DNA of 63,708 bases, filler included, from Saprolegnia diclina VS20 (Eukaryota), in the NCBI RefSeq assembly GCF_000281045.1. It is 8 parts of one record of this genome, joined end to end, with 100 filler letters (N's around TTAATTAATTAA, not from the genome) between each part and the next. Parts side by side here need not be neighbours in the genome. Positions count along the whole stretch, not along the records: positions 23,311 to 51,101 come from NW_008246069.1; 7 more parts are not named here. The stretch is one strand, 5' to 3'. The notes under the pieces were generated by a model, which did no database searches, was not told the DNA's origin, and saw only the letters and a list, made by a program, of their open reading frames with translations. The position numbers and the translations under genes were made by a program. Positions 23,886-36,156 of this stretch are shown here, one piece after another (position 1 is the first letter of the stretch; each line of letters opens with the position of its first letter).

Positions 23886-24257
23886 ACTCGATCCCATCGT
23901 CGTCACGATGATGCGAGCCGAGGCCAACCGCGTCTGGGATGCGGAACGACGCATGAAGCTACCAAAGGGCGATGCAACGGCAGACGTATCGATCTCCAGT
24001 GAAGCTCGTAGCACTGATCTACCGCTGAGCTGGTCCGCCGCTTCCGATATGGTGCCGAAGCCTGCCAAGTTGCGAGCTTGCAGGCTTCGGCACCATTCGG
24101 AAGCGGGAGACCAGGTTGGCGGTAGATCAGTGCTACAGGCATCACTGGAGATCGATACGTCTGCCGTTGCATCACCCTCTGGTAGCTTCTTGCGCCGTTT
24201 CACATCCCAGACGCGGTGACCTCGGCTCGCATCACCGTGACGACGATGGGATCGAGT
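23886..24257. repeat. Long imperfect inverted repeat (fold-back), arms about 183 nt with a few-nt loop; candidate hairpin-RNA locus
   Basis: Left arm ACTCGATCCCATCGTCGTCACG...GAAGCCTGCCAAG is the reverse complement of right arm CTTGCAGGCTTC...CGTGACGACGATGGGATCGAGT. By-eye alignment gives about 16 substitutions and 3 single-nt bulges. Confidence 0.95.
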
Positions 24258-24658
24258 GAGCTTGGAGCGGTCGCTCGACTAAGATCTTGTGGGGCAAAGT
24301 CAAGCCGATTGGTCGAGCGCCAGCTGGTTCTCGAACACGATCTTGCCAAACCCAGTGCTGGCTTCGTTTTGGTAAGTCCCCTATTTTTTTCGATTTTTGG
24401 GGGACCCACATCCAATGTGGCGAGATGCCACGCTGTCCTCACTGAGGCAGCGCTCAACTGCTCCTACCCGTCTCCAAAAGATCGATTCAAAGGCTTGGTA
24501 AAAAGGAGGCGGGTATCGCGGTGTGCAGCACCGCAGGTCCCCTGGACAATCATCTTGAAGCTGTGGTGGGTGGCCCTCCAAAACCAGGTGGTGGGCGTCT
24601 AGTCGACATTTCCAGTTTACATCATCAACATTCGAGCTTTTGCCAGCCAGCGACCATC

Positions 24659-26196
24659 ATGATCGTCCAGGCGACGTCCGTGCTCCATGTCCTCTGGATC
24701 CTCTGCAACTCGGCGGTCTTCAACCTCTACCAGCTCGCCATCTACGTGACCATCCGGCCCTTCAACCGCGCGCTGTACCGCAAGGTCATGGGGTGCGTTG
24801 CCGGCCATGCGCCGTGCATGCCTCATCCTCCGGTGCTAGGGCGCAGTGCCAGCAGGCGTGGGTCGACGTGCTCTCGTGCAGCTTTCCCAAGGCCAACATC
24901 GTCGCCACGTACGGCCATTCGCCACACGCGCTTCCCGCTCACATGTCGTCTCTGTCTGTAGCGGCGACATCCCGACCGACATTGCCAAGCCCATGATCAT
25001 CCTCGCCAACCACCAAGTCGACGCCGACTGGTGGTACCTCTGGCAGAGTACGACACGCAAGGAGCATGCACATGCTAAGATCTCATGGTATTCCTAGTGG
25101 CGCGGCTTCAAGGCGCGGCTGGGAACGTCAAGATCACGCTCAAGGGCGAGCTCAAGCACGTCCCGATCATTGGCTGGGGCATGCAGTTCTTTGAGTTTCT
25201 CTTCTTGAAGCGCAACATTGAGCACGACCGGCTGCACGTCCAAGGTACCCCCGCCTCGTCATCTTCCTCCTTCTTCGTCGTCTCATGATCGTCCTGCTTT
25301 CCAGAGTACATGCAGAGCTTTCTCCAAGACAAATTTCCGTTTTGGATGATCATCTTCCCCGAAGGCACGACTATCCACACGGAATATGTGGCCAAATCCA
25401 AGGCCTTTGCGGCAAAAACGAACCGGCCGACATTCGAGCACCTCTTGCTGCCGCGCTCGACCGGGCTCCAGATCATGATGGACGCCTTCTCGTCCGACGA
25501 CACGCAGACCAAGCCCGATATTTACGACCTCACGATGGCATACCCCTCGTACAGCGGCGAAGTCCCAACCTTTGCCATGGGCTATGGCCGCAACGTCGAC
25601 TCGGACATCCCGTCGATGAAGTCGCTCGTCGCTGGGAGCGGCCCCGACGACGTGTTTGTGCACGGCCAGAAATTCTCGTTTGAGGATGTCCAGTCGCTCG
25701 GTGTCGAAGCCTTCCTCGATCGGCAGTGGCGCGCCAAGGACAAGCTCCTCACTGAGTTTATTGCCAACCAGGTATCCATTCTCGGATCTATCCATCGGTA
25801 TCCATGCTCATGGGTTGTTGGCCTGTAGAGCTTTGTGTCGCACGCTGATACCCGCCACGTGATTGCTCCCTGTGTACGTCTTTGGATACGGGAGTTTTTG
25901 AAGTACTGATGCACATGTTGTCTAGTCGTCGATGACGGCGATTTGCCGGCTCTGGGGCGCGGCCTTGGTCTCGTTCTTCCTCTTGCCGCTGCTGCTCATC
26001 ACGGTCGTCCCATGTACGTACTACTTTTGTGTATATAAGAGGTGATGACGCTTCTTTTGATGCTGTAGGCTATGCGCTCACGGTGCTCTACGCGGGTGTC
26101 ATGAACTCGTGGGACCGTCGGCCGACTGCGTTCTGGCCGTACCTCCTCAACGCCGTCTCGGAGAAGAAGTCGGCGTGGAAGATCAAGCGCGCGTGA
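24659..26196 (+). CDS. 1-acylglycerol-3-phosphate / lysocardiolipin acyltransferase (PlsC family, LCLAT1/AGPAT-like), multi-exon
   Basis: Motifs IILANHQVDADWWYLW, KGELKHVPIIGWGMQFFEFLFLKR, IIFPEGT, HLLLPRSTG and IYDLTMAY. C-terminal TM segments and a KIKRA* (KxKxx ER-retrieval) end. Confidence 0.93.
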
Positions 26197-26796
26197 TTTT
26201 GTTATCAATGCTCGCAATCCACGTGCTTGTTGTATATACACTGTGAGCTTCGTCGTCATCTCGCAGGGCGAGTGGGGTAGGGTTGTGATGACAGCAGTTC
26301 CTGCGGACGCTTGTCCTACAAAGGAAACGCGAGCGAGAGGTCCAGAACCATTGGGTTGTACCTTACGGACAATACATTCGGACGGAAACGATTTTCGATG
26401 GCATTAACGCAAATGTTGGAGATTTCGTAGCTAGAATTATACTAGGAATTAGCGCCGTAATTTTGTAGGAATTTCCCACATATCGGTACGAATTATCTGC
26501 TGTCGGCCAGAACACCGACCCCCAACAAGAACCGTACCAAACGAGCAGCTAGGCTAGTGAAGCACTCGGCAAAGAGAAAGAGGAGGACCAGAACCGCACA
26601 CCTGCAGAGGCGTGTAGGGCAGCAAGGGGAAGCGAGGCCACGAAGGCTGCTATCACGAAGTCTGGTGTAGTCAAGTCGCGTGGTAAGGGATCCAACAGCC
26701 AGAAAATCAACGAAAAGTCGAGCTCTTGAGTTGGCGAACGAACGTGGTGTGCTTGACAAACCGGCCATTTTCGGATCCTAGCACGATGACGGCCAA

Positions 26797-28008
26797 GTGA
26801 TCGAGTCGCGCGCCGACATCGATCAGACGTGGGATCGTCACATCGATCTATTTGCTGCAGCGATGCCCATTATCCTATCGGCGAGCCTTCAAGGCGTCTC
26901 GTCGAGCGAGCGCTGGCCTGTGTACAACATGCCAGGAAACGACCCGCCCTACTGTCGCTTCGTCACCAAGTGGGCAGCCAAGATCAACTACGTCGACATG
27001 ATGGCCAAGCAACTCCAACCCGATCGTGCGATGTACTGCAACATGCTGCGCGCTTGCACGAACGTCCGCCACGCAAGACTCACGTACGCCGCCGACGTTG
27101 TAGCTGCCATGACGACGCCGGTCCACCGCGTGACGTACCTCCAGCTTACTCAGGAGGCGGGTTGCCAGTAGATATAACGTACCCGACTACCCGCTCGACG
27201 CTGCGGAGCACATCGAGCGCTGGCTCGCATCAGGTCACGCACAGCGCTTGATGCTTTCGAGTTTCCATCGCGTCGATGCTGGCCTCGCGCATGTGCTTGC
27301 ATCGTCAACGGTCTCGCACCTCGACTTGAACTGCTCGCCCGGCGTCGCAAACGGTGTGGCGTTCACGCATCTCAGAGAAGCGACCTTCAAGTTGAGTTCG
27401 GCGCCAATCGAGTTTTGCCAGCTCGGGCCACTGCTCAATTTGTCCAAGCTCCAGAAGCTGGAACTCGCGAACCTCGTCAACGTCGATGGCGCCTACCTTG
27501 TGAGCAAGCTACCCGACTTGGTCGCTCTGGAAAGTCTATCTCTCTCCAACGTCGACCTCTCGACGGCGCAATCACCTGCTATGGGCACAACGACCGTGCT
27601 TCGCCACGCTTGGGCGACGGTTGTGACATCTTCGCCAACAAGCCAACAAGCTTCCGCGCGATGGTCGACTGGGCGCTAAGCTCGCCCCAGCTCGAATCGC
27701 TCACGTGGTGCGACGTCGATTCCATCACGAAGCACATCGCCGACGCTGCGGATACGCTGCAACGCTGCATTGCGGTTGGTGTGGGTCGTATTGACCTTCG
27801 GAGCTGCTCTCTCGACGACGATAGCGCCAAAGCGCTGGCTGCCGTTCTCGCCGGTTGTCACGCCCGAGAGCGCTTTGAGCTCGACCTCTCCTGGAACGAA
27901 TTCTCAACCATCGGCGTCGGCTACCTCGCCTCGGCGCTCACGTCGTGCACCAACGTCCGCATCCTCCTGCCCAACGCCTTATCCGACCTATTTCACAAGC
28001 CGACTTGA
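26797..28008 (+). pseudogene. 5'-truncated, twice-frameshifted paralog of the RNI-like/LRR gene at 33138..34625
   Basis: Three frames carry consecutive homologous blocks: IDLFAAAMP/FVTKWAAKI/NMLRACTN, YPLDAAEHIERWLASGHAQRL/LLNLSKLQKLEL, and MVDWALSSPQLESLTW/RCIAVGV/ALTSCTNV. Frame changes near 27160 and 27620 have no evident introns. Confidence 0.75.
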
Positions 28009-28457
28009 GCTTTGCGAGCGGCCATCGAGAAGCCTGGCGTCACCGTGGAAAAAGAAAGTGCGCGAGAAATCTGGCTGTGTAGTCGTATGGCTTAACGCGC
28101 TGCTCAACGTCGTATATGTATCCGATATCCACGACCTACGCGTATCAGGGGGCCTTGGATACCTCACACAAGGTATCCAACTCGAGGGTGTTCTCGTTGT
28201 TTGGTCAGACCACGGGGTCTCGATAGAATAGGATAGATAGGATAGGATTGAACGGTGTGGACAGGGTAAAGTTGTTCGACAGCCGTTCTCTCATCTCGGT
28301 AGCCAAAAGGCTCTTCGTCGCTACCGATCGAGATACGTTGGACTCGACAACGCCGTCAGCGTACACTTTCGGTACGAACCCTAACCACTGTCTGCCACAG
28401 CGTATTTCTCCAAATACGCAGAAAGCAACGTATTCGTACGAGACATAAGAGCGCTCG

Positions 28458-29896
28458 TTAGTCGTCATCAACCGGAATCGGCCGTGCGCGGTGCCGAGTG
28501 CACATGCGTTCGTCGCCATAGCCGAGCTCGTCGCACTGGTCGACGACGCACTCGGTGAGGTTGTCGCGGCTGTGGGTCGTACACCGCCGCTTATGCAGGC
28601 GACTGGCCGAGCAGCCAAGCACAGCGCAGACGTCAAACACTAGCCAGCGTACCGACCGCGCGCGCGTCACAAAGCTGCAGCCGTCGCGACGCCCCATGTA
28701 CGTCAAGTCGAGACGGTCCAGTGGCTCTGATGGCACGAGCGCTTGAACGAGATCGAGTTGCTCGGTGATCGAGAGGTCGGCCGCCCGTGGACGCCGTCGG
28801 GCCTGGGCGTTGGCGACCCATGTGTCAATGGCTTGCTCAAGGACGTCAAAGACTTCGGGCAGCGGCACGACGCAGCACGGATCGTCTCGGTGATGCGCCG
28901 CGCGCTCCAGCTGAATGGCCGCCTCCCAATACGGTGCGAGCGCCAAAACCGCATTTGCGTCGGCGTCGTTGGGCGTGAGTCGGAAGAGCTCGACCGACGT
29001 CGCGCGGGTTTCGGCGTTGCTACTGCGGCTCGGGCGTGCCAACGCGTTAAAGATGACGCGGCCCGTGAGTCCGTCCACAGGAAAGAAGACAACTTGTTCG
29101 TCCCCGGCCATGAACGCATTGCTAGGTCCCGTGGACTGCGGCTCGGGGTCCGACGGGTGCACGCGCGCTGTCCACCACGGAAAGATCGCGGTCGGGAGGC
29201 GGCTCCACACTGGCTACCATAGACAATACTGTCATTTGGACAATGCTGTACAATATGAAATATACCTGCAGAGGGTGGGCGACCCAGGGTCCAGTGTCGC
29301 CGTCCACGGCCCGCCGATCGCCGCGATACCGCGTCCCGTTCTGCACGGTCGTCCGAAAGTACTCGCCAAAGTCGTCATGACGCAGCCACTGCCGACGCTG
29401 GAGCACGTCAGCGATGGCCATGAAGCGCGAGATCGCCACGTCCAGCGGTGTCGCCGCCAGTGCGTCAAGCAGCTCGAGCATGTCGGCGTCGACGGCGACG
29501 TGGTCGGTCGCTATATCGCTGCCACGCTGGACAACGACGTCAATCAGGTGCTTGCTAATGTCGGTCTCGTGGCCACGGCCTCGGCGCGGACGAGAGGCGA
29601 GGTACGTGTCGCGGCGCGCGTCTAGCGTGCGGAGCGCTTCGTGGAGGCGGCGCAAGGTCGCTGGGGTTGCCAAGGTGGCGCTGGGCGGCGATAGAAACAT
29701 GTCACGCGGCTCATTAGCAACCTCGTGGTTGCTGCAGAAACATCTGATGAGAACAAAGACTGCGTCAGATAACGTACGCGATCATGTCGACGTCGGCGCT
29801 CAAAGGAGCTTCGTCGACATCGAAGTCGCCGCCGCCAAAGTCAAAGACATCGGGCTCGTCGTCGTACGGGGCAGGCGCGTTGTCGTCGTCCGCCAT
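28458..29896 (-). CDS. Hypothetical protein, three exons
   Basis: ATG at 29896 (MADDDNAPAPY). In-frame GT-AG introns join it to ORF 29122..29700 and then to 28458..29210. Codon usage is gene-like, but no family was recognised. Confidence 0.55.
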
Positions 29897-30148
29897 GCTG
29901 TTGGGTCTACACATGCATGTGCAACGTTGCAGATAGGAAGGAAGAACAGTGTACCGCACTGCGTCGACGAGCGGGAGTCCACGGCGAAGCTCTGGCGACG
30001 CGACGTCAACGCTACGCAACCTCGATTGCGCGACTGTGCGCTGGATTGCAGGTCGCGTACCCGCTGGATGTCTCGCCATCCTCCGCGTCGCTGCTGAGGG
30101 ATCCGTCGTCTTGGTTGTCGTCGGAGGAGGAGCTACAGGCAGGTAGAG

Positions 30149-31078
30149 TCAAATAGGGTGTGTTCTTGGAACGTACGGGGTGCTGCGTGGTCTCTTGGGT
30201 CGCGGCGATGATGACGACGTTGGCGACGGCGATCGCTTTCGATGACGCTGGGGAGAAACGCGGCTGTCTTCTTCGTCGGACTCGCCTTGGCCAGACGCTT
30301 CTCCGTCGGGGTCTTGTTGGTTGATCTTGTCGCCTTCGTCCGTATCTTGGTCGCTGGTCGCCCGAGGACTGTCGATCGGATGCGCCGCGCCGGTACCCAG
30401 TGGTGCTACCTCAGTGCCGTCGCTGTCTTTGCCAGCGTCGTCGCGCTCGGCCTCGTCCCCTTCAACACGTTGTTCCGTGGCCGCTTGCTCGTCTTGGTCT
30501 TGCTCGACGTCATCCTCGGCAACGTCCTCTTTGCTGTCATCTTGCTTGGTCTCTTCCTCATCGGTGCCGGTATCGCTGGCCGCTAGAGGACTGGCAACCA
30601 CTGCAATGTGGTCGTTGAGGGGTGCAAGGTGATCCTCGAGTGGTGCACCGCCGATGTCCTCGTTCGACGCCTCTTCGTTGCCACCGACTTCGTCCTTGGA
30701 CTCTTCATCGTCTCTTGCAGCTTCTTGATCGTCAGCGGCTTCGACGTGAGGCGCCGAGCCGCCCGGTGCAACTCTGTTGTCGGTGACATTGTAGTCGTTG
30801 GTCGACGGAGGACTGGCGACACGAGGAACCATGTTGATGCCCTCTGCAAGGACGCGGTCGAGCGCCACGTAGCCGCCTCGGGCAAGACCTTCTCGGAGCG
30901 CAGCATTCGCAAGCTGGAGGTTGCGGATCTTGGCTCGCTTGAGCAAGGCCATGTGCTCAGCCTCGAGCTCATCGAGCTCGGCGTCTTGGGAGCTGCCGTC
31001 CTGGGAGCTCGGCGGCGTCTCCGCCTGCACGTAGAGCTTGACTTGCCGGCCCTTCCCCTTGGGCCGCTCGCTGCGCAT
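30149..31078 (-). CDS. Hypothetical acidic low-complexity protein with short coiled coil and basic NLS-like tail
   Basis: Long open frame rich in D/E, with ELDELEAEHMALLKRAKIRNLQLANAALRE and a C-terminal RHRKRSPSP...PRPKRPR. Confidence 0.55.
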   Translation of the reverse strand: MRSERPKGKGRQVKLYVQAETPPSSQDGSSQDAELDELEAEHMALLKRAKIRNLQLANAALREGLARGGYVALDRVLAEGINMVPRVASPPSTNDYNVTDNRVAPGGSAPHVEAADDQEAARDDEESKDEVGGNEEASNEDIGGAPLEDHLAPLNDHIAVVASPLAASDTGTDEEETKQDDSKEDVAEDDVEQDQDEQAATEQRVEGDEAERDDAGKDSDGTEVAPLGTGAAHPIDSPRATSDQDTDEGDKINQQDPDGEASGQGESDEEDSRVSPQRHRKRSPSPTSSSSPRPKRPRSTPYVPRTHPI

Positions 31079-31625
31079 GCTGCTGGGCTCGGCGAATCTT
31101 TCGAACTGATGGGCTTTTGCCACGCTTTCGGATTGGACGTCACGGATTGGATAAAACTCCGCAAGCGGCCATTTGTGATTGGTGCTTTATTTCGCGCCGG
31201 CAAGATGCTTGAAGTTGCAGGAGGCTCACGGAAGCCGCAAGCAAGCCGAAAGAGCAGCGCCACAGCAATGTACAGCGATGAACCAGCTCGTCTTAGCTAC
31301 GGATCGGCGCCCGGCAGTCGTGCGCGCCGACGCGTCCTGCCCTCCAACTTCAATGCGCGTACGGTACGACATGTGTATTGTACGGTTTCTTACTTTCGTT
31401 TTGTATCGAATGTACGTACATGTATTGTACCCCTTGACTTTTGATGGGCATCGGCTTTGACTTGTCGGTTCAAGGTCCACGCTTGCTCTTGGTGTCTATT
31501 GCACTGATGGCTCTCAAGGCAGCTCTACGAAGGAGCCCCGCGCTTCCGCCTCGCCTCGACATACTAGAAAGGACCGACACATACCAGCTCTGAATCAAAC
31601 TGTCCCTTCATCTCGAGTTACAAGG

Positions 31626-32039
31626 TTACGGTACTGGCGCACGATGACCCGGACGACATAGGACACGACTTGCTTCAGAGCGAGCGCTCGAGACCACGGG
31701 CTTGAGATTATGGTGCGGGTACTCTTGGCGAAGCATGGCAAAGAGGTGCGGCTCGTGTCCAACGTACTCGCGCGCCAGGTTACCCGCTTCCGCGATCCGC
31801 GGCCGATCGTGCTCGTGGAAGAAAGCCTTGAGCTCGGTCGTCGTCTTCTTCGAGCGGGCCTTGTACGAAATGGACGGATGGAGCGCCAAGGCGATAACTT
31901 GGTGGAACAGAAGCGTGCGGACAAGCAGCACTGACCAGGCCAGGGTCGGCGGGTCGGCGGTAGCCGTTCGATCGGCAAAACAAGCGTATGGAGCAAGCCA
32001 TGCACGAATAAGTAGGCTACAAGACAGCACATCGATCAT
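31626..32039 (-). CDS. Small hypothetical protein (partial model) with a protist-type helical motif
   Basis: ELKAFFHEHDRPRIAEAGNLAREYVGHEPHLFAMLRQEY resembles the widespread protist motif L..FY..HNP.K......L..Y.G.E..LF..L...Y. The 5' exons are unresolved. Confidence 0.4.
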   Translation of the reverse strand: MIDVLSCSLLIRAWLAPYACFADRTATADPPTLAWSVLLVRTLLFHQVIALALHPSISYKARSKKTTTELKAFFHEHDRPRIAEAGNLAREYVGHEPHLFAMLRQEYPHHNLKPVVSSARSEASRVLCRPGHRAPVP

Positions 32040-33137
32040 GTGATCTTATCATGACAAAAGCTGAAGAACGCACGGCCGGCCTCGAGCTCCGGAAAGAGGC
32101 CACGACCACGATCATGGCGAAGCGCAGGGTCTCGACGTCGAAGGCGGTCATGGCGCTGGCCAAAATTGTCATGGTCAGCAGCTGAGGCGCCACGTAGATG
32201 ACCACGCATGGCACGCGGCTCGCAACGACGTGTCTTCACTTGCGAACTCTCAAGCTGAATGATTTATGAGAATCGAGTGGTCCGCGAACGGATCTGATTG
32301 GCCGACCAAGTATCTTGAATGGACACTGTATTCCACAACGGACGCCCCGCACGGAACCGCCGAATTCAAGGGCTCGGAACAGAACATGCATTACACAACG
32401 AGTGACAGTGTTGATGCAGACGAGGTTAGAGGCACGTCTTAAGTTGTTTGATGGAAGTTTGGGGTCGGGAGGTGTCAACACCGTCCAGTTCCGGTCGCTA
32501 CAGACCGCCTCGTCAAATCGGTTGCTTTTGGTCTCATCTCATGCTGAACGAGTGGTCCATCCTGAACATGCTGCTGCAGTCCCCGACCAGTCGCTACAAC
32601 TGCGGCGCTATCAATGCTCACCCGCTTATTGTCATGCCCCACTACAGTACGTTCGCTGGTGGCGGTTCGATACCGACGCCTTCTCTTCCTTTCTGCTCGC
32701 GTTCTTCTTCGTACCAAGCAACACGATCGTGAGTGCATCGGCCCGTCCTTTGCTACGTCAAACCCGTGACTGCAATCGCCTGTTGGAGCGGCTTCGGCAA
32801 GCCCTTGTAGCTCATGCATTTACACGCATACCTCGTCAAGATATGAATACTAGTAGGGTGCTCGTGGCCTCCGAAAGACCGCAACGCTGAACCGAGTCGA
32901 AGGTCACCAGTCGTTGGTCATCTACCGTGTCTTCTCCAAAGCTACGGATGTTGTTGTCCCCAGGCAATCTCTTGGATCTACACCATCCTGCATCGCCATC
33001 GTACAGTGTTTTTGCTCACAGTGGGACAGCACATACATTCGCCTACAGGCATGAGTGCAGGTCTTCATAATGGATGGCAACAGCTACTAGTATGGTAACC
33101 AATACTGATTCAACTCGAGCAAGCTCACGTCTCCAGC

Positions 33138-34625
33138 ATGTCGCGATCGGTCCTTGACGTTGCCGACGTCCTTGTCGCCATCGTTCAGTGCACGCCATCG
33201 CATAAAGATGTCGCGTCGCTCCTTCGCGCTCTGCCGCCGGCCGCGTTGACGCCACCGCTCGCGGCGCTTCTCGAACTCCTATCGCTGGACAAGCGTCGAA
33301 TGACGGCTCCGTTCTGGCCGCAGCCACGCATCCGCGTCGTGAACGAGGCCAACATTGATCGCTTCGCGACAGCAATGCCCATCTTCACCTCGGTGTGCAT
33401 CGATGCCGTCTCCATCAGCAAACGCTGGCCCACGTACGAAGACGCTGCTTGTGACGACGACGATCTACCTTTTCTTTCGTTTGTCGTTCACTGGGCTGCC
33501 AAGATGACGAAACTCACCTCGTGTACGTCGTATAACAAGCTTGGGTTGCATCGGATGGCGTTCGTCAATATGCTGCGCAAGTGCACCAACCTCGAGGCCG
33601 TGCAGCTTCCGTATGCGGTCGACATGCTCGAGGCCGTGACGACACCGGCCCACTGCGTCCAGGACCTTGAGCTCCAACACTTTGGCAATGACCACGAGTA
33701 TCCGCTCGACGCCGTGTCGATGATTGAGCGTTGGCTTGCGTCGGGTCACGCGCGACGCCTGAGCCTCGTAGGTTTCCGCACCGGTGACGCGGGTCTCGGC
33801 AAAGCGCTGGTGCTGGCGGCGTCGACGCTCTCACATCTTTGCTTGAGGCAATCGCCGACCGTCGTGCAGACCGTCATTTTGAATGGCGTCGCGTGGACGC
33901 ACCTCACAGAACTCGACCTCGTCGTCGGCAACACGTCAGCGGGGACTGTGTTGCGTGAGATCGCGCCGCTCCTCAACGTGTCGCAGCTCCAGAAGCTCAC
34001 ACTTCGAGGTGCGCAAGGCGACAATGGTGCCTTTTTTGTGAGTCTTCTGCCTTCCCTTGCGGAGCTCACCGACCTCCACCTCGTCCACGTCGACCTCACG
34101 CAGGCTCGGCCGATGGTCAATGGCCCACTGATGCTTCGCAGTGCTTGCTTCCATTTCATCCAATGGACGGATATGAGCTTCGCCGCAGTGCTGGACTGGA
34201 CCCTCCGGTCGCCGACGCTTGAGACTATCACGTGGTCAGGGTCCGATTCCTTCTTGAGCGAGAACCCGGACACAGTTCAAGACGCGACTCGGCGCTGCCT
34301 TGCTGCCGGTGTGCGTCGTATCGTCTTCGACGAGGACAGCGTGGTGAGTTCCGAGATGCTGGCTGGCGCCGTGAGAGGCATCCACCTCCCAACACTATGT
34401 ACAATCGTCTGCAGCACCAAGATGGAGACGGCCGAGAGCGTCAGGAGCTTGCTTGCGGCGCTCGCCACATGCACCAACGTGACGCTCAACGTTCGTGTGT
34501 ATCCCTCCCATGCCTTGTCGCACGAAGCCTTTTGCGAAGAAGCACAAGAGGCCGGTGCCACCGTCGACTTCTCGGCATTTGGCCGATACTGCCTTCTGCA
34601 CAGTCCCTCTAACACTTGCGTTTGA
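33138..34625 (+). CDS. RNI-like / leucine-rich-repeat protein of a lineage-expanded family, intronless
   Basis: 495-aa ORF with LxxLxL repeats (LSHLCL, LTELDL, LQKLTL, LTDLHL) and a degraded paralog about 6 kb upstream. Confidence 0.8.
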   Translation: MSRSVLDVADVLVAIVQCTPSHKDVASLLRALPPAALTPPLAALLELLSLDKRRMTAPFWPQPRIRVVNEANIDRFATAMPIFTSVCIDAVSISKRWPTYEDAACDDDDLPFLSFVVHWAAKMTKLTSCTSYNKLGLHRMAFVNMLRKCTNLEAVQLPYAVDMLEAVTTPAHCVQDLELQHFGNDHEYPLDAVSMIERWLASGHARRLSLVGFRTGDAGLGKALVLAASTLSHLCLRQSPTVVQTVILNGVAWTHLTELDLVVGNTSAGTVLREIAPLLNVSQLQKLTLRGAQGDNGAFFVSLLPSLAELTDLHLVHVDLTQARPMVNGPLMLRSACFHFIQWTDMSFAAVLDWTLRSPTLETITWSGSDSFLSENPDTVQDATRRCLAAGVRRIVFDEDSVVSSEMLAGAVRGIHLPTLCTIVCSTKMETAESVRSLLAALATCTNVTLNVRVYPSHALSHEAFCEEAQEAGATVDFSAFGRYCLLHSPSNTCV

Positions 34626-34728
34626 CAATCACGACGTTGCGTTGGTTTGTCCTGCTCTCTCAACAGGATCCCACAGCGGTGCTTGACTCACAGTGTACAA
34701 TACGTACTAGATCTCGATGTTGCTCTGC

Positions 34729-36156
34729 TTACACGATCGCCGAGCTGGTCGGGAGGATGGCCGCGAGGGCCGTCGAGGTGTCCGGGTCCATGGTGATGTA
34801 CGCGTTGAACTTGGTGCGGCAGATCGGACACGTTTCGATCTCGTTGAGGCACGTCGGACACACGCAGCAGTGGCGGCACGGCAAAATGACGACGCGCGTC
34901 GGATCTTCGAGGCAAATCGAGCATTCGACAAAGTCGTTGAGACCGTAGAGCTCCTACAAATGGACGAGATTCGTCCAGTTTAGTCGCAAGCAACGACAAC
35001 GACGTACGTGGGCGAGATGGACGCGACCGCTTTGAGTATAGTAGATGCGCTTGGTGATACTTGGAGACTTGTGCAATGCCACGTCGACAAAGACGGTTTC
35101 CGAGACGATCGGGTCGGTGCGTCCGTCGCTCACGACGACGACGTGCGCTGGCGCCGACACTTTAAACACAATGGCGACAACAAGAACTGACGCATCGGCA
35201 GCCAACGGGAACACGGGCGGCAGCGTGTACGTCTTGAGTCGGTACGCACTAGTGTTCTCGGGCGGGAACCTACGCCGAGATCGCCATCACTTGTCAAAAC
35301 AAACAACGAGCGTACTGCAGCGACGCCGATTTCATCTGGTATGACGCCGATGTATCGTCCATCCACTTTGTCGCGACCGCATTTGGCGCTTCCACGGTCG
35401 CTGTGTCTGGCATAGGCGTCAAATCGATGGCGTCGTCCGGGGGCGGCGAGCCAGGCGCATGCGGCACGGTTGGCGATGACGACGACGGCAGCGAGTTGAG
35501 CGCCCGTCGCTCGGCCTTGTCATCGCTGTTCTGCCGCCGCCGCGTGAACGACGACCACGCTTGCTGCACGTGACGCGCGATGGAAGGCCTCTTCGAAGCC
35601 GTCGCAGGCGTCGTCTCGTTGAAGTCGGTGGCGTCGACGCCCCAGTACGTCTCGATCGCAATGCCGGCGCGGGACGCCTGAAAGTCGAACGAGAGACCGA
35701 TACGTCCGTCCTCTACCACACGTCACTGTAGCGAGATGCAGGCGATTGCAGATGCGTACCGTGCGTGATGCGCAGGCTGTTGGACACGACGTCAAAGGGC
35801 GCGTCGACCTTGGTCATGGGAAAGCTATTCACTTGGTCTTGCGTGCGCAGGTACTGCTGGAGCCGCTGCGTTGTCATTTGCTCGAGAATCGACAAGCTAC
35901 AATAACTTGAGATGGGCGCCATGACGCCGCAACAAGCGCATGTACCTGGGGCCGAGCTCGGGCAGGTAAATGACCTAGCAGCATGGTCGTCGTGAGGCAG
36001 AGGTCGATAGAATGAATATTGTACGTTGCGCTTCTGAACAGACCGGCGCATGGCCGCAAGGTCGACGAGAAGCAGCGTGAGACGTGCTGCCCAGAGCCCG
36101 AGCCCGCACGTGAAGAGGAGCACGACGAGGTTCTGGAGCTCCGTCGGCAGCGCCAT
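34729..36156 (-). CDS. Membrane-anchored C3HC4 RING E3 ubiquitin ligase (CGRRF1/MGRN1-like), multi-exon
   Basis: N-terminal TM LVVLLFTCGLGLWAARLTLLLV, mid-region KVDAPF...ETYWGVD, and last exon ELYGLNDFVECSICLEDPTRVVILPCRHCCVCPTCLNEIETCPICR. Confidence 0.85.

Noticed and set aside
31417..31424. TACATGTA, a motif reported as enriched in Phytophthora intergenic DNA
   Set aside because: A single intergenic occurrence (another lies inside the USP CDS) is not enough to call a regulatory site.
32640..32685. GGTTCGATACC resembling a tRNA T-loop / B box
   Set aside because: The T-stem is imperfect, and no D-arm, A box or acceptor stem can be built upstream.
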